This document shows, in pieces, positions 52,395-61,930 of a DNA stretch of 64,000 nucleotides (its first letter is position 1; each line of letters starts with the position of its first letter). The position numbers and the translations under genes were made by a program. The notes below the pieces were generated by a model, which did no database searches, was not told where the DNA came from, and was given only the letters and a program-made list of their open reading frames with translations. The stretch is taken from contig CASCUT010000001.1 in assembly GCA_949155365.1 (NCBI GenBank), positions 64,515-128,514 on the forward strand, read 5' to 3'. This DNA comes from an uncultured Clostridia bacterium. Lineage in GTDB: Bacteria; Bacillota; Clostridia; TANB77; CAG-508.

Positions 52395-54176
52395 TTAGTT
52401 ATTTTTTGAGTATTCTTCCAATATTTTTGCTTTTTCCTCGTCGGTCAGGTTTTCCCATGTTTCCTGATTTGCTTCAGGGTTTACTTCGATAATTTGGTTA
52501 TTTTCACTCTCTAATACTGAGGTTCCTTTATCGAGTTCGTCCCTTTTTTCCTGCTCTTCTGAAACAGGGGTAGCAAAGGCAATGTTGTCAAAGGCTACGA
52601 TGTCAACCGTTCCATTTTTGTCATCGATGTAACTGATTTGGACGGTATCGCCATCTCTTGTAATGGAAAGCTCTTCTGATATCATGTAGGATGCGGTAAA
52701 GATTTTGTCTTTTTCTCCTTCTACTACTAAGTAGTAATAGGTGGAACCGTCTTCTACAACACTGGAGATTCTTTCTACTTTTCCTTCGTAGGAATAGCCG
52801 TAGGCTTCAGCTGAGGCAACTACATGTGTGTTTCCATTTCTTGCAACAGACTGCAAGTAGGCTCTGCTTGTTTCTGCAAGTGTTGCTCCCTTTGCTGCAA
52901 TGCTATAATTCTCAATGTTAATCATGGCATAGGATTTAATTAATCCTTCTTCATCTTTCATTGCCATTACATAAGTGGGAATTCCATTGATGTTTAATGG
53001 CAGTGGTTCTGTGGATTTATATCCAAAATCCTGAACTAATCCTTCTGCCGATTTCATAGCAGCTTCTTCTGTCGCACCGCTCATATATGCGATTTGTGCA
53101 TGCTTGTTTCTTGTATTTACCATTATAAAGCCTACACATGACTCATCACTACCAACACTGGTCATTCCAGTAAAGTAATAGCAATCGCCATCTACATATA
53201 CAGTTAAGGTAAGATCCGTCTTTTTCGTTTTATCCGTATTGGAAGGATTCCACCATCCATGAATCAGTTTCCCCCAATTATCAATTTGTTCTTCAACGAT
53301 GGAACTAGGCTGGATAATGTCTACCCAATCTGGTGTATCTTCTACTGAATACCACTCTGTCTTTCCTGTTTGAGCATCTACAATGACTACTCCTGTTGCT
53401 TCTGCTGACTGCCACATTGTCCGATTTTTATAGGTAGTAACTACCCAATAAGGCCGTCCAGTATCATCAATCTCAAAAGTACATTCTGTAAGTCCTACTG
53501 TACGATATCCCTCATTTCGTATATGACGTAACAAGTCATGTCCAAAATAAGCTGATTTTTGATACTGAATGTTTAATTTTTCTCCATTTACCTCTGTTAC
53601 AAAATCAACTTTGTTAGGGTTAGAAGCAGATACGGTAATGTATCCCGGTGTAGAACGATTTCTGTTCCATTTAAAGAATCCGGTATGTTCCAATGGTACT
53701 ACATACATAATTTCTCCATTTACTTCCTGAATTGCTGCATCTCCCAACTTAACTCGCGAACCTAATGCAATATCTTCTCCTATCTTCTTGTCCGCCTGCT
53801 TTTGAGCTAACGCTTCATCTACAATAGGAATCTGAGAAGTATCGATTTGCTTAATCATATCATTATACTCCAAAACCTCTACTTCGCCTATTTGTTCTCT
53901 TTTTACGGAGCTGTTAAAAATTGCACTTCCGGCAACTAATCCTACTACTATTATGCCTAGCACAACCATAATTGATATTCCTACTGTTACTCCAACCGCT
54001 TCACCATCTTCTGACACCCACATCGCTATATTCGTGATGATAGTGCCTATTGCAATGGCAATAAAGATAAATCCTCCCAAATATGCAACTGACAAAGTGG
54101 GTAAGAGTAAGATATAAAATAGCCATAATGCCCCTGCTGAAATGATACTAATAACCAATTTCCCTGTTTTTGACAT
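52395..54176 (-). CDS. hypothetical membrane protein with large extracytoplasmic domain (compositionally atypical)
   Basis: Start set at MSKTGK (GAGGAGG RBS 8 nt upstream). Three N-terminal TM segments. Sampled 60-nt lines are about 45% GC, versus about 30% elsewhere. Confidence 0.5.
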   Translation of the reverse strand: MSKTGKLVISIISAGALWLFYILLLPTLSVAYLGGFIFIAIAIGTIITNIAMWVSEDGEAVGVTVGISIMVVLGIIVVGLVAGSAIFNSSVKREQIGEVEVLEYNDMIKQIDTSQIPIVDEALAQKQADKKIGEDIALGSRVKLGDAAIQEVNGEIMYVVPLEHTGFFKWNRNRSTPGYITVSASNPNKVDFVTEVNGEKLNIQYQKSAYFGHDLLRHIRNEGYRTVGLTECTFEIDDTGRPYWVVTTYKNRTMWQSAEATGVVIVDAQTGKTEWYSVEDTPDWVDIIQPSSIVEEQIDNWGKLIHGWWNPSNTDKTKKTDLTLTVYVDGDCYYFTGMTSVGSDESCVGFIMVNTRNKHAQIAYMSGATEEAAMKSAEGLVQDFGYKSTEPLPLNINGIPTYVMAMKDEEGLIKSYAMINIENYSIAAKGATLAETSRAYLQSVARNGNTHVVASAEAYGYSYEGKVERISSVVEDGSTYYYLVVEGEKDKIFTASYMISEELSITRDGDTVQISYIDDKNGTVDIVAFDNIAFATPVSEEQEKRDELDKGTSVLESENNQIIEVNPEANQETWENLTDEEKAKILEEYSKNN

Positions 54177-54326
54177 GTCATTTTCCTCCTCTTGCTTCAT
54201 TGGTTTTCTAAGTAACTAATTGGTTTAATTCTATCCTCCTTCTTTTTGTTTTAGTTAAAACATTTTGTTTCTATTGAAATCAATTTCCATTATACCATAT
54301 TTTATGGAAACTATCAAGTAGATTTA

Positions 54327-54430
54327 TAAATTTTAGGGACGGGTCTAAAAATTTAAAAGCATAAAAAACTATAGCATTAATTATTATTACCTATATTTTA
54401 TTAAATTTTTAGACCCGTCCCTAAAATTTA
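54327..54430. repeat. GGGAC-core element, subfamily A: perfect 29-bp inverted repeat
   Basis: TAAATTTTAGGGACGGGTCTAAAAATTTA (54327-54355) and its exact reverse complement (54402-54430), 46-nt spacer. Confidence 0.9.
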
Positions 54431-54493
54431 CTTGCACTTTTTATTTTTTTTGCTTATAATAAGATGGTTAATATCGATATAGGAGTTTGTAAG

Positions 54494-54847
54494 ATGGAAC
54501 ATTGGAGTGTTGAAGATTATAAGAATTTTTCGAATGGTGTAAAAAAGAAAAGCAAGTATCATGCTAATAAGGTGTCTATTGATGGACATACTTTTGATAG
54601 TCAAAAAGAAGCCGATTATTATTGTGAGTTAAAATTACGTTTACAAGCAAAGGAAATTAATGGTTTTTGTTTGCAACCTACTTTTATTTTAGCTCCTAGT
54701 TTGAAATACAAGGCTGATTTTATTGTGTTTCATAAAGATGCCTCTACTGAAGTTATTGATGTAAAAGGTTTTAAAACGAAAGAGTATATTGCTAAAAAAA
54801 AGGTTTTTGAAGATAAGTTTAATTTGAAAATAACGGAAATTGAATAA
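54494..54847 (+). CDS. DUF1064-like phage-type protein (PD-(D/E)xK-like)
   Basis: KYHANKVSIDGHTFDSQKEADYYCELKL...YKADFIV...EVIDVKG. TAGGAG RBS upstream of MEHWSVEDY. Confidence 0.6.
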   Translation: MEHWSVEDYKNFSNGVKKKSKYHANKVSIDGHTFDSQKEADYYCELKLRLQAKEINGFCLQPTFILAPSLKYKADFIVFHKDASTEVIDVKGFKTKEYIAKKKVFEDKFNLKITEIE

Positions 54848-54884
54848 AAAACACACTAGAAAGTTTTTTCTAGTGTGTTTTTCT
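54846..54884. terminator. bidirectional rho-independent terminator
   Basis: AAAAAACACACTAGAA-AGTTTT-TTCTAGTGTGTTTTT. Confidence 0.75.
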
Positions 54885-54888
54885 CTTT

Positions 54889-55170
54889 TTATAATTCAAA
54901 TATATTGGCTTTTAATATGATTTTTGATATTTTACTTTTTTCACTTAGTGGTACATTCCATATGCTTCCTGCAATGGACCTTCCTTTTTTGTATTCTTTG
55001 GTAGGTTCTCCTAAAATTTTATTTAGTTCTCTTTGTAATTCTATTTTATTGGTATAGATGGAAAGTTCGTTTTCTCCATATAGTATATTAATGGTGGTTT
55101 CTGTCTCTGATTTATTTGCTTCTTTATATCTTTTTTTCTCGTTCTTTTCTTCTTTTATTATCTTTTTCAT
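54889..55170 (-). CDS. hypothetical protein
   Basis: 93-aa ORF, no motif. Confidence 0.35.
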   Translation of the reverse strand: MKKIIKEEKNEKKRYKEANKSETETTINILYGENELSIYTNKIELQRELNKILGEPTKEYKKGRSIAGSIWNVPLSEKSKISKIILKANIFEL

Positions 55171-55306
55171 TTCTACATCCTTTTTCTTTGTTGTACCTCT
55201 TGTGTTGATTTCTGTTTATATTGTAACATATCTTTGCTCTTTTGCCTACTCTTTTTTGCATTTTTTAAGAAGGTATTTTAAAAACACCTTCTTTATACTT
55301 ATTTTA

Positions 55307-55639
55307 TTATTCTTCTGTTGTAATTTCTTCTTGCATCTCTTCTACTACTTCCTCTACTTCTTCTTTGCTAACTGTTGTAGCCATTGTATTTCCAAAAGAG
55401 AATACTTTCTTTGCTGATTTTTGTTTTTCTTCAAATTTTTTGTAGAATTCTTCTTTTGCTTCGTTTAATGTTTCTTGCATTGCATTAAACATTTCTTCTA
55501 TATCTTGTTTGGTATAATCATAACTGTTACTTCTTGCCATTGGTTCTAATATTTGAATATCGTGTAATACATTGTTTACTCGCTTTCCTGCATATTCCAT
55601 AAATTTGTTTCTTTTTTCTTCATTTACTTCTCTTTCCAT
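55307..55639 (-). CDS. hypothetical acidic protein
   Basis: 110-aa ORF, E/K-rich, no motif. Confidence 0.4.
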   Translation of the reverse strand: MEREVNEEKRNKFMEYAGKRVNNVLHDIQILEPMARSNSYDYTKQDIEEMFNAMQETLNEAKEEFYKKFEEKQKSAKKVFSFGNTMATTVSKEEVEEVVEEMQEEITTEE

Positions 55640-55764
55640 TTTGTTTTTCTCTCCTTATTTTATTTTCCTTCTTTTTTAAGCGAATTTAAGAAATTATTTT
55701 TTGTTTTCCTTAAATACTAAAAAAATTCTTACTCTATAAAAAATATCACACTTCAAATGTTTTT

Positions 55765-56668
55765 TTAAATTTCCTTGCGAATTTTTGCCACGAAGAATCC
55801 TTCATATTGTTTGGTTGGTAGTACACAAAGTGTTCCTTCTATCTTGCTTGGTAGTAATGGTAGTGTTTCTTTTCCTTCGAATGTAATAGGGACAATTTGA
55901 GCTTTTCCTGTTTTTATTACTTGCTTTATTACTTCCTCGTTTTCACAATCCAAAATGGAACAAGTAGAATATACCATTTCTTGTCCCTTTTTTAATACTT
56001 GTAATGCTTTCTTTAGTAAAGCAACTTGAGATTGGATTGATTTTTCTATTAATTTAGGCGTAAATCTTTTTTCTAAGTTTTTATCATTTGCCGATAAGGT
56101 TCCGCTTCCGTGAACAAGGCGCATCTAGCAAAATTTGATCAAAGGAGAAAAAGTCGTCTATCTTTCTACTATCCATTGGCATTATATAGACAGAATTTGC
56201 TCCCTGCTTTTCAATATTGTATTTTAATCGTTCTATTCTAATCGGATTCATTTCGCAAGCTGTAATATGGGCTTTGTTTTGTGTCAATACTGCCATTTGC
56301 GTTGTTTTTCCACCTGGTGCTGCCGTCATATCTAATATGTCGTAGTTTTGCCTTGGATTTAATATAATAGGGGGTAACATGGAAGATAAACTTTGAAGAT
56401 AAATTTCTCCGTTTTGATACATCTCTAATTCTTCCATTTCTTTTTCCCTTACTTCTTTTAATATAAAAGCTTCTTTACTAAAGCTTACTCTTTCCCATTC
56501 TATTTGTTTTTCTTTTAATCTCTTTTCTACTTCTTCTACTGTCGTTTTTAAGGTATTCACACGAAATGTTACTGCTCTTTTTTGATGATATCCCTCTAAA
56601 ATGTTTTGTGTTATTTCTTTCCCATATTGCTTTTCTAGCATTTCACTTAAAAATTTTGGTATTCCCAT
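55765..56668 (-). pseudogene. RsmB/NOL1/NOP2/Sun-family RNA cytosine-C5 methyltransferase, frame broken at 56107-56110
   Basis: DMTAAPGGKT (SAM motif I). ORF 56084-56668 ends ILLDAPCS then goes out of frame. The ORF 55765-56124 frame continues GSGTLSANDK...MVYSTCS (second catalytic Cys). Junction TGT TCA CGG AAG CGG. Confidence 0.8.
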
Positions 56669-56772
56669 TTTAACTCCTATTCTCTATTTTTTCATTCATT
56701 GTAACACAAAATACAAAAAAAGAATAGAGCTTTTTTACTCTATTCAGATAAGGATTTTATATTTTTTATGTT

Positions 56773-57561
56773 TTAAGCATCTTTTTGTATGCTTAAGCTA
56801 GTACTTAACTTATGCATTGTCATATCTTTATTTCCTATAAATACATCACGATTTCCATCTAATGTATGCATTTTGATAATGGTAAAATTAGGATAATGAT
56901 ATTCCATACTTCCCCCATCATCATAGGATTTCACATAACCAGCAGATGATGTTTCTGGAAAATCTTGGTTCGCTTTTGCTATTATTTCATTCATTGTTAT
57001 TTTTCCTTCTAATAATGCTTTTCGTAATGAAATTTCCTCTTTTCCAATTAAAATATTGACATTCCCCTCATAAGCATAAATATTATAATCGTATCGTTCT
57101 GTTTCTGATTTGTTTATGATTATATGAAATTTTTCATCACTTTGTGGTTGTTTATCATAAAAACGAAGTTCAAAATTTTCTGCTGATTTTAATTCTATCT
57201 TTACTACATTAACTTGTGCAGGATAGGTTTCCATGACATATCCTGAATATGTTACTTTTACATTGGTTCCTACTTCATATATAGCATCATTATCTTCTCC
57301 TAATGAAATGCTAATTTTATCTGCTGATTTTCTAATTTCTTCTCCTTCTCTTGGTTCTACGATAATTGAGTTTGCATTTGATTCGATTACTGTTCCGTAA
57401 AAATTGTTTGTATCTTCTTGTTTATTTTGCTCTAGTTCTTCTTTCTTTGCTTCTTTTTGTACCTTCGTAATATCCGAGATATACAAGGATGCTATTATAA
57501 TAAAAATAAGAGTTATCACAGCCATTATTCCTATCACTATTTTTTTATTCATTTGTATCAC
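56773..57561 (-). CDS. hypothetical membrane-anchored protein
   Basis: 262 aa, N-terminal TM, no motif. Confidence 0.4.
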   Translation of the reverse strand: MIQMNKKIVIGIMAVITLIFIIIASLYISDITKVQKEAKKEELEQNKQEDTNNFYGTVIESNANSIIVEPREGEEIRKSADKISISLGEDNDAIYEVGTNVKVTYSGYVMETYPAQVNVVKIELKSAENFELRFYDKQPQSDEKFHIIINKSETERYDYNIYAYEGNVNILIGKEEISLRKALLEGKITMNEIIAKANQDFPETSSAGYVKSYDDGGSMEYHYPNFTIIKMHTLDGNRDVFIGNKDMTMHKLSTSLSIQKDA

Positions 57562-57749
57562 CTTTTCCCTTTCTATTCTTTAGACTCTTTTTCCCTTTCA
57601 TTTTGTTGGTAATATTTTTTAATTTTGTCATTTCCTATCCTAGCAAAAAGAAGATGAAAATTAACTCCATCTCCTTTTTGCTCGTTGTTCATCAATAGAT
57701 AGGCTGTAATTTAGTCCATTTTCGCTTTGCTTCGATTCCATTTTTTATT

Positions 57750-58085
57750 TTATCTTACTATAATACTTTCAAAAAATCTTTCTTGGAATTCTACTAACGC
57801 TTTTATTGCATCGTCTGAGTATTCTTTTTTCTCTGGTACTACCACCAATTTATCCTCATTATCGTTTGTTCTATGTATTACTGCGATACATTTTCCTTTA
57901 AAATTCTCAACTGGCTCAAATACTCCTAGCACATAACAATCAAGTTCTTCTCCATCTCCACTCATTGTATTTGGAACATATCCATAATTTACTGGATAGA
58001 TAAATCCATGCTTAGGATGTTTTGACCCCATTGGTCTATCTATTTTTACCTTTATGATACTTCCGATATATTGTTTTGAATCCAT
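57750..58085 (-). CDS. inorganic pyrophosphatase-like protein (short form)
   Basis: YPVNYGYVPNTMSGDGEELDCYVL resembles the family I PPase metal-binding motif (NYGFIP.T...DGDPLDVLV); only 111 aa. Confidence 0.5.
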   Translation of the reverse strand: MDSKQYIGSIIKVKIDRPMGSKHPKHGFIYPVNYGYVPNTMSGDGEELDCYVLGVFEPVENFKGKCIAVIHRTNDNEDKLVVVPEKKEYSDDAIKALVEFQERFFESIIVR

Positions 58086-58235
58086 TTTATTCTTTCTTCC
58101 TTATTTCAATTATTCTTTATTTCTACATGTTCTCTTGGCAAGGTAATTACTCTTTTAATATAACTTTTGATTTTAAATTAGCCTTTGCCCTTCTATTAGA
58201 AATGGTTTCATCGATATGCTTTTTTACCATTCCAT

Positions 58236-60452
58236 TTATTCTAGTTTTTCTTCTTCCTCTGGTACAATTTCAAAATCTATTTGTCTTAAAATTTTATTAG
58301 CACTTTTTACTCTTATTTTTACTTTATCACCTATTTTATAAAGTTTCTTTGTTCTTTCTCCTAATAGAGTTTTTCTATTTTCGTCATAAATAAAATAGTC
58401 GTCTCCCAAATCATCAAAACGGATTAATCCTTCTACTGTATTTTCTAATTCTACAAACATACCAAAAGAAGTAACCGAAGAAACAATTCCCTCATATTCT
58501 TCCCCTATTTTATCTTGCATATATTCTGCTTTCTTGATGTCAATACTATCTCTTTCTACTTTTTGTGCTATTTTTTCACGTTCCGAAGATTGTTCTGCAT
58601 ATTTGGTCGCTTTTTCTGCATATTCTTGTTTCCAGTTTTCTTGTACATTGTATCCTTTTTCAATGTAATGTGAAATCATGCGATGAATATATAGGTCTGG
58701 ATATCTACGAATTGGGGAAGTAAAATGGCAATAATAATTACTTGCAATTCCAAAATGACCTTTGTTTTGGCTTTCATATCTTGCTACTTTTAAAGTTCTT
58801 AAAATTAAAGTAGAAATGACTCTTTCTTCCTCTTTTCCTTTGATATCTTCTAGCACTTCTGCAAATGCTTTTGGATGAATGTTGTCTTTACTTCCTTTTA
58901 TTTTATAACCAAAATTGTATAGGAATTTATTTAACTCCTCTATTTTTTCTTGCTCTGGCACTTCATGCACACGATAAATAAAAGGTGCTTCTAACCAATA
59001 AAAACGTTCTGCCACTGTTTCATTTGCTGTTAGCATAAATTGTTCAATTATTTCATTTGCAAAAGAAAGTTCATACTTCTTTACATCAATCGCAAATCCA
59101 TTTTCATCTAACACAATTTTTGTCTCTGGTAAATCTAAATTTAAGCTACCTTGTTTTTCTCTTCTTCTTTTCAAAATTTGAGCCAACTCTTCCATTCTTT
59201 TAAAATGTTCCATATATGGCTTATATTTTGTTACCACTCCTAATTCCTTTTCTAATTTTTTAATTTTCTCTTTTGCCTTGTCTATTTCTTCTATTCTTTC
59301 GCCTTTTTCTTCCTTGTTTGCATATTTCAAAAGGATAGCAACATCAGAATAATTCATTCTTCTAGTTACTTGAATAATCGATTTTTGAATATCGGAAGAA
59401 ACGACTTGTCCTTCCTTATCAATTTCCATCATGACAGATAAAGTAAATCGATCTTTTCCTTCATTTAAACTGCAAATTCCATTAGAAAGTTCTCGAGGTA
59501 ACATAGGAATCACTCGGTCTAACATATAGATACTAGTTCCTCTTACGATTGCTTCTCTATCTAGCTGACTTCCTTCTGTTACATAGTAACTAACATCTGC
59601 AATATGAACCCCTAGCAGATAGTTTCCATTTTCTAATTTTTTTACTTGTACTGCATCATCTAAATCTTTGGCATCTTCACCATCGATGGTAAAGATTTCT
59701 TCTTCTCTCAAATCTAAGCGATTCGGAATATCTTTTTTGCTAATTTCCTCTTTTATACTCCTAGCTTCCTCTACTACTTTTTCTGGAAATTCGTAAGGGA
59801 GACGATATTCTTTAATTAAACTTAGCATATCTACGCCTGCTTCATTTATATTTCCCAGTACTTCAATAATTTTCCCTTCTGCGTTTTTACCTTTTTCTGG
59901 ATACTTGGTAATTTCAACTAAAACCTTACTATTGTTCCTTGCTTTTCCCATATTTTTCTTCGAAATAAAAATATCGGTTCCAAATTTCCTATCATCTGGT
60001 ACTACAAAGCCATAATTTTGACTTTTTGTAAACACTCCCACCAAAGAATCTTTCTCACGAGATAAAATCTTAACCACTCTTCCCTCTTCATGATGGCCAT
60101 TTTCTCCTTCTTCTATCCTTTCGATTAATACCTTATCACCATGTAAAGCACCTTTTTTATTGGTTTTTCCAATGTAAATCTCATTTTCTCTATGTTCCAC
60201 TTTAACAAAGCCAAACCCTTTTTCATTGGCACGAAAAATTCCAGCCAAATACCTTCCTTGTGCTACCAAAGAATATTTTGACTTTCTATTTTTCTGTATT
60301 TTATACTCTTCTTCTAAATGATTTAATACCTCTACAAACGTACTATATTCTGTTTTAGGTACACTTAATATACTTGCCATTTCCTTTGCTTTCATTGGTA
60401 CATAAGATACTTCTTTCATAAAATCTATAATTAACTTTTCTTTCTCTTCCAT
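58236..60452 (-). CDS. rnr: ribonuclease R
   Basis: Cold-shock-like N-terminal domains, RNB domain (TIDGEDAKDLDDAV, HFGIAS..YCHFTSPIRRYPD), C-terminal S1 domain. Start set at MEEKEK after GAAGGAG. Confidence 0.9.
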   Translation of the reverse strand: MEEKEKLIIDFMKEVSYVPMKAKEMASILSVPKTEYSTFVEVLNHLEEEYKIQKNRKSKYSLVAQGRYLAGIFRANEKGFGFVKVEHRENEIYIGKTNKKGALHGDKVLIERIEEGENGHHEEGRVVKILSREKDSLVGVFTKSQNYGFVVPDDRKFGTDIFISKKNMGKARNNSKVLVEITKYPEKGKNAEGKIIEVLGNINEAGVDMLSLIKEYRLPYEFPEKVVEEARSIKEEISKKDIPNRLDLREEEIFTIDGEDAKDLDDAVQVKKLENGNYLLGVHIADVSYYVTEGSQLDREAIVRGTSIYMLDRVIPMLPRELSNGICSLNEGKDRFTLSVMMEIDKEGQVVSSDIQKSIIQVTRRMNYSDVAILLKYANKEEKGERIEEIDKAKEKIKKLEKELGVVTKYKPYMEHFKRMEELAQILKRRREKQGSLNLDLPETKIVLDENGFAIDVKKYELSFANEIIEQFMLTANETVAERFYWLEAPFIYRVHEVPEQEKIEELNKFLYNFGYKIKGSKDNIHPKAFAEVLEDIKGKEEERVISTLILRTLKVARYESQNKGHFGIASNYYCHFTSPIRRYPDLYIHRMISHYIEKGYNVQENWKQEYAEKATKYAEQSSEREKIAQKVERDSIDIKKAEYMQDKIGEEYEGIVSSVTSFGMFVELENTVEGLIRFDDLGDDYFIYDENRKTLLGERTKKLYKIGDKVKIRVKSANKILRQIDFEIVPEEEEKLE

Positions 60453-60476
60453 TCCTTCTCCTTCAACTAACCAACT

Positions 60477-60497
60477 TCCCAATTAGGGACAGTCCCT
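60477..60497. repeat. GGGAC-core element, subfamily B single arm
   Basis: TTCCCAATTAGGGACAGTCCC, identical to 11361-11381. Confidence 0.8.
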
Positions 60498-60516
60498 TTT
60501 TGTCTTTTTTTCATAA

Positions 60517-60556
60517 ATAAAAGATGTAGTGTTTGGTTTACTACATCTTATTTTTT
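60517..60556 (-). terminator. rho-independent terminator after secG
   Basis: AAGATGTAGT-GTTTGGTTT-ACTACATCTT flanked by A and T runs. Confidence 0.65.
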
Positions 60557-60565
60557 CCTAAAAAA

Positions 60566-60814
60566 TTAAATTACATACAATATTCCTAGTAGAATAGCAA
60601 ATACCACAAATAGGACTCCTAATAAGATGGTAAATCTTTTTAGTTTTCCTTCTTTTGTTCTTCCTTTATTTTTTTCAAAGAAATTGCTTGTAGTAGAACC
60701 TGTAATTGTTCCTGATGCTCCTTGACCATCTTTTGTTTGAATGGTAGCTGAGATGATTAAAGCTACACAAATAATCAAATATATTCCTAATACAATGTAT
60801 TTTACCATTTCCAT
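60566..60814 (-). CDS. secG: preprotein translocase subunit SecG
   Basis: 82 aa, two TM segments flanking a G/S/T-rich loop; position directly upstream of rnr is typical. Confidence 0.75.
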   Translation of the reverse strand: MEMVKYIVLGIYLIICVALIISATIQTKDGQGASGTITGSTTSNFFEKNKGRTKEGKLKRFTILLGVLFVVFAILLGILYVI

Positions 60815-61004
60815 TTTTCTTACACTCTCCTTATTTTTTCTTGACGCTTTTTATTGTAACACATGTATTTTAAAAATGCAATTGCTTTTTGTAATTTTCT
60901 AAGATATAATTGTGAAAAAGCTTACTACTTACTCTCTAAAATTCGTACTAACTAGTATGTATGTAGTAATACCTTTATTTTTATATTTTATTGGATGGTT
61001 TGTG

Positions 61005-61850
61005 ATGAAAGTTATTGAAGTAAAAGAAAATCAAAATAATAAAAAATTGGATAAAATACTTTTTGATTGTTTTCCTAGTTTGAAGCAAAATACTTTTTTT
61101 AAGGCTTTACGAAAGAAAGATATTCGTATTAATGATGTTCGTGTTTCTGAAAATGTACTCGTTCACACTGGTGATAATATTAAAGTATTTATTTGTGATG
61201 AGCTTTTAGAAAGTTCTCCTTCCTTTTCTGTTGTTTATGAAGATGATTTTATTTTAGTTGTTGATAAACCTGCTCAACTAGAGGTTACGGATAGTGAAAA
61301 TTCCCTTACTTCTTTGCTACAAAAGCAATACTCTTTTATTAAGCCTTGTCATCGTATTGACCGTAATACAACAGGTCTTGTGTTGTTTGCTAAAACTCCA
61401 GAAGCTTTGGATATTCTTCTTGCAAAATTCAAACAAAAAGAAATTGAAAAACATTATAAAGCTACTGTTTATGGTATTTTAAATAAAAAGCAAGAAAGGT
61501 TAATCGCTTATCTTTTTAAGGATCATAAAAAGTCTTTGGTTTATATTTCAGATGCTCCTAAAAAAGGATATCAGAAAATTATTACTTCCTATCAAGTAAT
61601 AGCAGAAAACAAAAAAGAACATACTTCTGTATTAGATGTTAATTTAGAGACAGGTAAAACACATCAAATTCGTGCTCATCTTGCCCATATTGGTTTTCCT
61701 ATTATTGGAGATGGAAAATATGGGGATTATGAAATTAATAAACACTTTTCTCAAAAAACGCAACTACTTCATAGCTCTTGTCTTATCTTTCGTTTTACTA
61801 GTCCTAGTGGTATTTTAGAATATTTGAAAGGAAAGAAAATAGAGGGGTAA
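61005..61850 (+). CDS. RluA-family pseudouridine synthase
   Basis: S4-like N-terminus, HRIDRNTTGLVLFAKT, GKTHQIRAHLAHIGFPIIGDGKYG. Start chosen at MKVIEVKE. The upstream part of the ORF is hydrophobic low-complexity sequence. Confidence 0.8.
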   Translation: MKVIEVKENQNNKKLDKILFDCFPSLKQNTFFKALRKKDIRINDVRVSENVLVHTGDNIKVFICDELLESSPSFSVVYEDDFILVVDKPAQLEVTDSENSLTSLLQKQYSFIKPCHRIDRNTTGLVLFAKTPEALDILLAKFKQKEIEKHYKATVYGILNKKQERLIAYLFKDHKKSLVYISDAPKKGYQKIITSYQVIAENKKEHTSVLDVNLETGKTHQIRAHLAHIGFPIIGDGKYGDYEINKHFSQKTQLLHSSCLIFRFTSPSGILEYLKGKKIEG

Positions 61851-61880
61851 AAATTTAAAATTGTTTATATCCTTATGCTT

Positions 61881-61917
61881 AAATCATAACCACCCGTAAA
61901 ACGGGTGGTTATGATTT
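61881..61917. terminator. bidirectional rho-independent terminator
   Basis: AAATCATAACCACCCG-TAAAA-CGGGTGGTTATGATTT between convergent genes. Confidence 0.75.
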
Positions 61918-61930
61918 AAATTAAATATTT

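Noticed and set aside
54464-55639. Prophage or prophage remnant around the DUF1064-like gene
   Set aside because: Only one phage-associated family plus two small anonymous ORFs are present. There are no integrase, capsid, terminase or att-like features in the window. The evidence is insufficient for a mobile-element call.
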